Part shown: positions 54,611 through 64,000 of the stretch, in pieces
Layout of the letters: every line of letters begins with the position of its first letter
Position numbering within the stretch: the first letter of the stretch is position 1
From: Octopus sinensis
Taxonomy: Eukaryota
DNA: 64,000 nucleotides
Reading direction: 5' to 3'
Assembly: GCF_006345805.1 (NCBI RefSeq)
Contig: NC_043001.1
Location: 107,384,001-107,448,000 of the forward strand
Program-made: the position numbers and the translations under genes
The notes under the pieces: generated by a model
Told to the model about the DNA's origin: nothing
The model's database searches: none
What the model saw: only the letters and a program-made list of their open reading frames with translations

Positions 54611-55289
54611 TGACGACTGGAATGTACAACCATTTAGAAGTTCATAAATTAAGGAAATATTTATCAGTGGATTTGTGGAACGGGTGTATAGAAACTGAAT
54701 TGTTATGAGTTGTGAAATAATATTGAAACTTACTGGTTGGGTAGGACTGATTTCAGAGGGAAACTTAATGAGCTATGAATCAGTGGGTTTTTTTAAAGTC
54801 CCTATATCCTTTACGTAAAAATACCTCGATAACATATCAGCCAGCAGGATGAACAGGTTGGGATTGTCAGCAGATAAATATTCATGGTTGTCATCGACGT
54901 GACATCTCAACAACGAAAAAATTTGATAAAATAAATAGAAATTGAAAAAAAAAAAGATATATATCAGAAAGATAGATCATATGTCATGTGGACTCAAGGA
55001 AAGAAAAAAAAAAGAAAGCAATAACAAGCCTTGACTTCGAAGGACATTTGCTTTGCATGAACCAAATAAACTGAAATGACTAACAAAAACCTAACATAAT
55101 CCCGTATCCTGTTAACACGATTATTATATGTTCATGTCTTGTATGTCAGCCAGAAAATCTTAGTCAGTCACATGTTCTCTTAGAAAAATCGTAGCCAAAT
55201 CTTCCTCAAATCAAACTCTGCTTTTATAAAATAAGAATTGGATAATGTGGCCCTGATGTACAAAAAGACAGTAAGATAATTCTTGAAAT

Positions 55290-55700
55290 ACGTTCAATCG
55301 AGCGTTAAAAATGCAAAAAATGACGAAGCGCTAAAGAAAATTCTTGAGGGTAAATAGAGAAATGCCCAATCTGAATACCAGTTTAGGAAAGTCTCCGGTA
55401 GAGTTAATGTTCGCGCGAAAAGCAAAATAGGTCTTCGATGAATTATTGCCAGGAAAAATATATTTAAAGGAAATACAGGAAAGGCAACAAAACATCTCGA
55501 AGTAGGCGACATAATTCATCAATTTTTTTAAAGGGTAAAGAAGGCTAGAAGAATGGTTTTGTAACTAAAAGATTAGGAAACATGATTATGTAATTGAAGG
55601 ACAACGTTGAAAAAATAAGAGACACCTAAACCAATTAAAGACGAGACAAACTGAAGAACGAAAAGAAATGTCAATGGAAGTATGCTATGATATGTTTGAG
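55290..55700 (+). mobile_element. Ty3/Gypsy integrase C-terminal remnant
   Basis: FNRALK...KFLRVNREMPNLNTSLGKSPVELMFARK..VFDELLP...EVGD...KRLG...KRHLNQLKTR. Confidence 0.75.
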
Positions 55701-55889
55701 GTGCCAGCACCGAAAGCGATTGAGCCTCGTAGATGCAGCAGTAGTAAAAGGAAACAGACTGTACACTTAGAAATAATACCAAAACGAACAAGATATTAAG
55801 TTTTCAAAAAAGAAAGGGAGCGGTGCTGAAACTATGGAAGATGAAATAAACTTCACTTCTTACGGAAGTTGAAATCTCAAAAGGGGAGA

Positions 55890-56172
55890 TGTTGTGATAA
55901 GTCACGATTTCTCCTTGCGAGAAGTAGACTGGATCGTGTGATTATAAATAGTAGCGTTCGGAGTGAAGTTTGTGCGTTAGTTCGAATTGAGTTCACGGTG
56001 ATGTTGGAAGGTGACAGCTGGTTAGTTCGTTTGGAATATTAATTGTTGGTTGCCGAAGAGATTGTTAGATAGTTACTTTGTTAATACGGCTGCATTGTTA
56101 TCTTGCTCACTGTTAAAACATTGGTACAGCGTATCTAAACAATTAGTCAAATATCTTGGCGGTACCACAACA
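55890..56172 (+). mobile_element. Gypsy 3' LTR
   Basis: Polypurine tract AAAAGGGGAGA (55879-55889) directly before TGTTGTG; ends CACAACA (inverted terminal heptamer); internal TATAAATA. Confidence 0.7.
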
Positions 56173-56853
56173 TTGGAGACGGAATATACAACAAAGCCAT
56201 ATGTGATTATATGTATTTTTCATACATATAAATACGGAATAAATTATTCTCCACGTGTTAAAAAGATAAACTTATGTATGTATGTGTATGTATGTATGTA
56301 TGTATATATACACACATAGATGTAGATAAGAGGAAACTCTAAATCCTTGCGTTAAAATAAATAATACAATCCTGGAGTGTTAGTTGCAGTTGTTTTGCAT
56401 ACCAGACAGGGCGAAACAACACACCTGCTGTTTGAATTCAAATGTCATGAAAATAAGTTATATGATATCTTTAATGACTAACCGATTTAAATCACAATAA
56501 GGACACTATCAGCTTTTTTCCCAATGAGTAACAAAATTTAGAACGCCACGTTGAATTTTTTTTATCCATTTTTATAGTTAAATATTTATATATTAGTGCT
56601 TCAATATATTTACCTACCTCCACGCTACCATGTAGTTGGATGCGGGCACACATTATTAAAAACGCCTCAAAAAGCCGAAATGCATCAGGTGTACTCGCTG
56701 GCCGCCGCTCACATGATTGTTTTTTTCCCTCCCTCTAATAATTATTGTCCTTTTAACACTACATATCACTAATAGGTTATTGCAAGACGAATACCGCAGT
56801 AACCCCCTACCAAAGGTGTATTTACGTTCAGTTTTATTTATAAATGGATGGAT

Positions 56854-56943
<90 letters not shown>

Positions 56944-57410
56944 AATTATATTTTAATACTTACTAATCATTTCTAAATTCTCTCTGCTACACGTGTTTCA
57001 TGAGGTGCGCTTAACGTTCCTTAGACACGCAGCCTTTTACAGCAACATATCTTAACTGCAACCCCAATCGTCAGGACTCTTGATAACTTTATAATTCAAT
57101 AACAATTTCTATATGTTAATATTTTAACAGTTACGAATGTAATTAACAGACAAATATGCGTGTGAGCAAATACATTCGCCGAACCTTGCTATGCAAGCCA
57201 TAATTTAAATGACTAAAAATAAAAAAAAGTACAAAACTAACTTCAAACGGGAGTTATGCCTATAAACATGCATATAAATTAATAATATGTAGGAATGAAA
57301 GTTATAATATATAATAGTGATGATATAATAATGAAAAGACTATATAATACAGCGATGATAAAATAAACAATGACAAAGAAATATATATTCGAATAAAAAT
57401 TATAGTTAAA

Positions 57411-57808
57411 AGTGGGTGTCTGGTAAGTAGCTTGTCTACCAACCACATGGTTCCGGGTTCAGTCCCACTGCGTGGCACCTTGGGTAAGTGTCTTCTACTA
57501 TAGCCTCGGGCCGACCAAAGCCTTGTGAGTGGATTTGGTAGACGGAAACTGAAAGAAGCCCGTCGTATATATGTATATATATATATGTTTGTGTGTCTGT
57601 GTTTGTCCCCTAGCATTGCTTGACAACCGATGCTGGTGTGTTTATGTCCCCGTTACTTAGCGGTTCGGCAAAAGAGACCGATAGAATAAGTACTGGGCTT
57701 ACATAAGAATAAGTCCCGGGGTCGAGTTGCTCGATTAAAGGCGGTGCTCCAGCATGGCCACAGTCAAATGACTGAAACAAGTAAAAGAGTAAAAGAGTAA
57801 AGAGTAAA
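57411..57808 (+). mobile_element. tRNA-derived SINE family B, near full length
   Basis: Head ...gtggtaagtagcttg..ggttccgggttcagtccc (A/B boxes), internal (TA)/(TG) run, 3' ...gtcaaatgactgaaacaagt(aaaagagt)n. Other copies at about 190-391, 860-1062, 3900-4050, 8035-8560(-), 18600-18890, 21380-21552, 30615-31165, 32030-32592, 34100-34790 (inverted pair), 36240-36720(-), 44065-44400, 62935-63320(-). Confidence 0.9.
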
Positions 57809-58335
57809 CAAATGCGTAAAATTTAGGGCGTAATAACGTAAAAATAACGTACAAAATATCGTAAAATAAATGTCGTAAAATACGTTATTAGGCTCTAATT
57901 TTTACAGGACCCGAAAGCACTACAATCCCAGAGTCACAAGATCTGCGTGGCCAGTTTACCTGCCAGAAATACCAAACAAATGTCCAGCAAACCCCATACA
58001 ACTCTCTCTAAAAAGTAAAGCATCATTGGATTATGTTAGGATGAACAGAAAACAGGTTGGATTGTATGAAACATAATTCCAATAAATGATTAATTAATCA
58101 TTTAGGGACAAAATAATGACTCATCAACTGGACAAACTGATTGATCGATTGATTGATTGATTACTGACTCACTCATTCTATTTCTTTGCCCGCCTGCCCT
58201 CCTCCAACCCTAACTCACACACACTTACTCATATATATATATATATATATATAGTGGAATAAATAAAATATATGCATACATACAAACATATATGTGCGTA
58301 CTGATATCTACATGTATATATACATGCATATATAA

Positions 58336-58417
<82 letters not shown>

Positions 58418-59070
58418 TACACACACGCGCTTATATAATATGAATGTATTAAATGTATATATACGTGTGTTTGTGTGTGTGTTTGTTAGGGTGCATGGCT
58501 TAGGAGTTAGGGTGTAGCACTCACGGCCTTGCGATTATGATTTCAATTCCTAGACCAAGTAGCGCGATGTGTTTTTGAGCAAAACATTTCATTTCACGTT
58601 GTTTTGCCATCACTGTGACACTTGGCGCGCGGCCCAACGTGTATCTGTTCAGAGAACGTCCATTTGATAGAGAAAGGGGGCAAATGTGCAGCACGAGCCT
58701 TTCATCACTATAAACACCAAAAGCAAATAATGACAAACGAAATGAGTTATTCCAAATACGATGTTAGTAATTTCGAAATTTATTATTCCCAGTTATTGCA
58801 CCGTTCGTAGGGAATTATGCATTTCATTAGTAAGTGCTAAATCGAACGCTCATCCAAAATGAATCGCATAAGATTGACCGCTAACTCCACTAAATTTAGA
58901 ATTAATCAACATATCTAATCTTTCCGTTATACCAAGGTAAAATGTGCCACTCTTTTAGCGTTATATATTCAGTTGTAGAAGCAAAATAATGTCATTGTAT
59001 ATCTCAGGACATCTCATTCATTCAGACATATACAAACATGTATACATACATATGTGTAGTGTATATATAT

Positions 59071-59101
<31 letters not shown>

Positions 59102-59242
59102 TATATATTATATAACGGGAAGCTTTATGAAAAGACAAAAGACGAAGGCAGGTTTACGGAAATAAACAAAAGACGAAGGCAGGTGGAATACAAACAAACA
59201 ATTGTATTAGTATGGCGCTCAGGAAATATAAATAAAACAAGT

Positions 59243-59278
59243 CTTTAACGTTTCGAGCCTACGCTCTTCAACAGAAAG
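59243..59278 (-). ncRNA. Non-canonical hammerhead-like motif (family H4)
   Basis: Reverse complement reads CUUU-CUGUUGA-A-GAGC-GUAG-GCUC-GAAA-CG-UU-AAAG. Stems I and II perfect, stem III palindrome ACGU, core A6U plus an extra A. Confidence 0.5.
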
Positions 59279-59353
59279 ATACACAGAAAAGAACACAGAA
59301 AGAAGGAGAGAAAAAAAATGCGTGCAGAGCTAGCGAATCAACATGCGATCATA

Positions 59354-59400
<47 letters not shown>

Positions 59401-59744
59401 TATATCATTACTTTATTTTTATATGTACATTTATTTTCATACTTTCTAAACTTTCCTGTATTTTTTGGTCTTTCTTTTTGTCGTCTCTTCCTTCTCAAGA
59501 TGTCCTTACTCTATTTTCTCTAGTCTACACCCGTTATTTTGCCCCCCTCTCCACCAGTCCTATTTCATACGCACATAACTTTCTCTTATACACACACGCG
59601 CCTTCGTGTTGGGGGGGGGGCATCTTTACTTTGTTATCTCCCCTACTTTCTTTCTCGTGCGTGATCCTTCTGTCCGAGGCAGTCGCCATGATAGATCGTT
59701 AGCCACTACACATATTTTCTTCTCTCCTTGTTTTTTCTGTGTTC

Positions 59745-59780
59745 CTTTCTGTAGAAGAGCGTAGGCTCGAAACGTAAAAT
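59745..59780 (+). ncRNA. Family H4 copy in inverted orientation
   Basis: CUUU-CUGUAGA-A-GAGC-GUAG-GCUC-GAAA-CG-UA-AAAU; differs from the other copies at core position 7. Confidence 0.45.
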
Positions 59781-59883
59781 ACTTTTTCAATTCCTGAGCG
59801 TTATACTTATACATCTGTTTGTTTTCTACACCACCTGTCTTCGTCTTTTGTTTTTTTCGTAAACTCTCCCTATATATATATAT

Positions 59884-59927
<44 letters not shown>

Positions 59928-60188
59928 GTGTGTGTGTGTGTAATATAATATCGGAACAAACATTGAATTCAATGTTTGCTCTTAAATTACGTTATTGATA
60001 TGTGCATCTGGCTCACTGTCATTTGAGCACTTCCCTGCAGTCCTATATATATTGTTCTTTTTCAATCGAAAGAAACGAAAGGAAGGATAAATGATATACT
60101 CAGTGAACAATTTAAGAGTGTCTTCACTCCCCCTTCATTTCTTCTATTCTTACACTTGTTTGGATTAATAACACCTTCACTCTCCCTC

Positions 60189-60248
<60 letters not shown>

Positions 60249-60295
60249 GTATGTATGTATGTATATATATATATGTGTGTATATATGTATATATG

Positions 60296-60415
<120 letters not shown>

Positions 60416-60671
60416 ATATTAATGCAATACTAGAGTATTGCTTTCTGGTAAAGAATAGCCCGTGAGGGTAAAATTATACATAATAGTAAATAAATGGTAC
60501 AACGAAGCACCGATATCTACTGGAAAATAGCGAACGTAATAAATACGACGCTAATGTATAGCTTCACTGTGTATGTACAAGAGTAAAGATGCGTGTGTGC
60601 AACAAACATGAAAAAAATTGTCTTACCTCTAGGAAGAACATCTGAAAAATGAAAAACCGAGATAACGGATA

Positions 60672-60744
60672 ATGCAGTACCGTTTTCGGATTTTTCAAAA
60701 TACGGTTGCTAATCGTATATTTGATTTATCCTCATCAGCTGCAT
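60672..60744 (-). ncRNA. Hammerhead family H1 copy with mutated stem III
   Basis: Reverse complement matches the 61180 motif except GAAA-ACGG-UA instead of GAAA-CCGG-UA, which breaks the palindrome. Confidence 0.7.
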
Positions 60745-61179
60745 AAACCTCAACAATATTTCAAATGTTGCCACATCTATACCAGTATACTCGTCTGAAC
60801 GCCAAAAACGTTAACAGAACGAGAACAGTGAAGAAGTTTCAATGAAAATAGTAATGTAATACTAGAGTATTGCTTTCCAGTAAAGAATATCTTGTGAGGG
60901 TAAAATTATACATAATAGTAAATAAATGGTACAACGAAGCACCGATATCTACTGGAAAATAGCGAACGTAATAAATACGACGCTAATGTATAGCTTCACT
61001 GTGTATGTACTAGTAAAGATGCGTGTGTGCAACAAACATGAAAAGAATTGTCTTACCTCTAGGAAGAACATCTGAAAAAATGAAAAACCTAGATAACGGA
61101 TAATGCAGTACCGGTTTCGGATTTTTCAAAATACGATTAGCAACCGTATTTGGAAAAATACGAAATATTGTTGAGGTTT

Positions 61180-61252
61180 ATGCAGCTGATGAGGATAAAT
61201 CAAATATACGATTAGCAACCGTATTTTGAAAAATCCGAAACCGGTACTGCAT
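61180..61252 (+). ncRNA. Type-I hammerhead ribozyme, canonical core, palindromic stem III (family H1)
   Basis: AUGCAG-CUGAUGA-GGAU...AUCC-GAAA-CCGG-UA-CUGCAU. Stem I 6 bp; long stem II (GGAU/AUCC, UCAAA/UUUGA, AUACG/CGUAU, loop AUUAGCAAC); stem III is the palindrome ACCGGU; predicted cleavage after GUA at 61246. Confidence 0.85.
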
Positions 61253-61433
61253 TATCCGTTATCTAGGTTTTTTATTTTTCAGATGTTTTTCCTAGAGGTA
61301 AGACAATTTTTTTAATGTTTGTTGCACACACGCATCTTTACTAGTACATACGCAGTGAAGCTATACATTAGCGTCGTATTTATTACGTTCGCTATTTTCC
61401 AGTAGATATCGGTGCTTCGTTGTACCATTTATT

Positions 61434-61473
<40 letters not shown>

Positions 61474-62049
61474 AGGAGGTTCAAAGCTGGAATATCTGCT
61501 ATCAAATGGCAAATAGGATATATGTGGCCAGTTTGCCTGCTAGAAATACCACACAAATGTCCAGCAAACCCCATACAACTCTCTCTAAAAAGTAAGGCAT
61601 CATTGGATTGTGTTAGGATGAACTGAAAACAGGTTGGATTGTATGAAATATAATTCCAATAAATGATTAATTAATCATTTAGGGACAAAATAATGACTCA
61701 TCAACTGGACAAACTGATTGATTGATTACTGACTCACTCATTCTATTTCTTTGCCCGCCTGCCCTCCTCCAACCCTAACTGACACTCAGATATATATATA
61801 TATATATATGTATGTATGTGTATGTGTGTGTGCGTGCGCGCGCGCAGGTGCGTGTGTGTTTGTTAGGGTGCATGCCTTAGGAGTTAGGGAGTTGCTCTTG
61901 TCTGTACTTCATGTCCGGCTGCTGGTTCATCTGGTATTGCGGAGAGGAGGATGTCTAGTTCCTTTTTGAAAACATCTACTTTCACCTTATGCAAATTTCT
62001 TAATTTTTGTTGCAAGGCATTGAAGAGCTGTGGGCCGTTGAACCCTAGA

Positions 62050-62255
62050 CTATTGCAGTACTTGGTCCTGAATTTAGATGTAGTAGATAGTACCTATATG
62101 GGCAAGGGTCAAAATTTTGACATCCCTTAAACCTTCCCCGAGTAATACCTTCATGCCAAATTTGGTGCAGATTGATCCAGAGGTTTGGAAACACACATAC
62201 ACACACACACATATATACATGCATACATACACACACACATATATAATATATAGAG
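62050..62255 (+). mobile_element. DINE-1/Lep1-like Helitron-derived fragment
   Basis: ...catgccaaatttggtgcagattgatccagaggtttggaa-(CA)n...atatatag core typical of these elements. Confidence 0.45.
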
Positions 62256-62885
62256 AGAGAGAGAATGGGAGAGAGAGAGAAAGAGAGAGAAAGAAAGAGA
62301 GATTCCACGATAATTCGAAGGTACTAGAATAGTTGAACAAATCTCTCCACCTAACGGTATTAGATCAAATTCAATGTTAGCACCGCCGAATTCAAAATAT
62401 GAATGAGGTTCGTTTAGCTTCCCCTGCCCGCCCGCCCGCGTGTGTCTTCAAGTAAACTACTACAGGAAAAAACAAAATCTGCAATTTGTTCTCAGGGAGA
62501 AAATTCTATTATCAATAATAACAAATGCCGATGAAGAATATGGTTAGTAAAGTATAATTTTATATTCTTTATGCAAAACCTAATTCAGAAACGCGCGTCC
62601 ATGGATAACCAGATATTGATTGATTTTCGTTGCTTTACTCTCTGCTTGTGTGAATTATCTTCAAGTATCTTGGTTTCTCCGGGAGACCCCCTTTTAAAGT
62701 AGAAGAAATAGCTAAGATTTTTGGCTGCTATTTCTAAACTTCGGTGTGTGGTGAAGCAAATCTTTGCTGAACCCTTTTTATTAGTATTACTTAAACTTAC
62801 CGTGAAATGGTCCTTTTTTCAAATCGAATTCTACTTGGTGAAATTATTAATTATTTCTTAATTAATTAATTTTACCCTTTGTTAT

Positions 62886-62926
<41 letters not shown>

Positions 62927-63694
62927 ATTTTTTCCTTTCTCTTTCACTTGTTTCAGTCATCTGACTGCGGCCATGCTGGAGCACCGTCTTTAGTCTAGCA
63001 AATCCACCCAGGACTTATTCTTTGTAAGCCTAGTGCTTATTCTATCGGTATCTTTTGTCGAACCGCTAAGTTACACCAGCATCGATTGTCAAGTGATGTT
63101 TTTTTTTTGGGGGGGGGGAACATAGACACACAAACATATACACACACATACTTATATATATACGTATATATACGACGGGCTTCTTTCAGTTTCCGTCCAG
63201 CAAATCCACTCACAAAGCTATAGTAGAAGACACTTGCCCAAATATGCCATGCAGCGGGAATGATCCCGAAACCATGTGGTTGGTGAGCAAGCTACTTACC
63301 ACACAGCCACTCCTGCCCCTATATGTCTACTAAAACAGAAAATTTCATTCGAAATAGCACTCTGGCCTGTCGATCATATCCTCTATCTTCGCAATATTCG
63401 TCTGCACACTTTCTTTCTCTCTTACTACATCCATTATCCGCTATTTAAAAATATTAAGGCTGACCTTTAATCTTACATGTAATTTTATACAGGTTTTATT
63501 TGTTTTTTTTCTTATACATAATTCATAAGAACAGTGCGCAGGCTTAATCGTTATAGACGCTGATAAAATGACATGCAGCAATACTACTTGTTTATGTACA
63601 AAAATGAGATCTTGTCGAGCTTTACTTAGCTGGTCTCTCTTGCTCGATCGATAAAATAAAATACGAATCAAGAACTGAGGATGATTTAGTCGGC

Positions 63695-63843
63695 TAAATT
63701 TCTCCAAATTTCTCCAAATTTCTCTAAATTTCTCCAAATTTCTCCAAATTTCTCCAAATTTCTCCAAATTTCTCTAAATTTCTCCAAATTTCTCCAAATT
63801 TCTCCAAATTTCTCCAAATTTCTCCAAATTTCTCTAAATTTCT
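63695..63843. repeat. 10-bp minisatellite (AAATTTCTCC/T), about 15 units
   Basis: Direct reading; T-variant units at 63725, 63775 and 63835. Confidence 0.95.
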
Positions 63844-64000
63844 GCGTGCTTCAGAAACAACTCAATACAAGTCACGTATGAGCTTATTGTTTTAATACAT
63901 TACCTTCACATCTATTTCATATTAGACATATTTACATGCTGTTCGTCGTAAACCCTTCATTATGCATACGTTTAGATGTGTGAGTGTGTGTGTCTGCGCG

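Larger units (their letters stand above)
59115..59875. mobile_element. Two oppositely oriented copies of the H4-bearing repeat (Penelope pLTR-like)
   Basis: Left arm about 59115-59345 is the diverged reverse complement of about 59680-59872; embedded in (TA)n. Confidence 0.5.

Noticed and set aside
57915-57935. ACTACAATCCCAGA, a ZNF143/Staf-like site
   Set aside because: The context aligns with the CR1-like LINE peptide TGP..ITIPE (as at 28680-28710), so it is a LINE scrap.

Overview
AT-rich, microsatellite-dense eukaryotic DNA. The SINE/LINE complement and (TA)n/(CA)n/(CATA)n/(TAA)n load point to a coleoid cephalopod, most likely Octopus (inference, no database search). There are no long intact genes, and nearly all ORF-track entries are simple-repeat or transposon artefacts. 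One real gene that the ORF track missed can be assembled by hand: a 3-coding-exon, 74-aa protein (7848-7917, 11050-11144, 12104-12163, + strand) with a signal peptide, an S/T-rich, N-glycosylatable core of about 32 aa and a GPI-type hydrophobic tail, i.e. a CD24/CD52-like architecture. The most striking non-coding signal is a set of minimal type-I hammerhead ribozyme motifs: 9 full-length motifs in 4 unrelated repeat families plus 3 half motifs. All have a palindromic or near-palindromic stem III and sit in ORF-less direct/inverted repeat modules resembling Penelope-like-element pseudo-LTRs; one family has a non-canonical core. The rest is three tRNA-derived SINE families, fragments of RTE, CR1-like and RLE (R4-like) LINEs, Tc1/mariner remnants, a Gypsy integrase/LTR remnant, Helitron/DINE-like elements, several long palindromes and local duplications. 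Repeat boundaries were read by eye and are approximate; exon and ribozyme coordinates were counted base by base.
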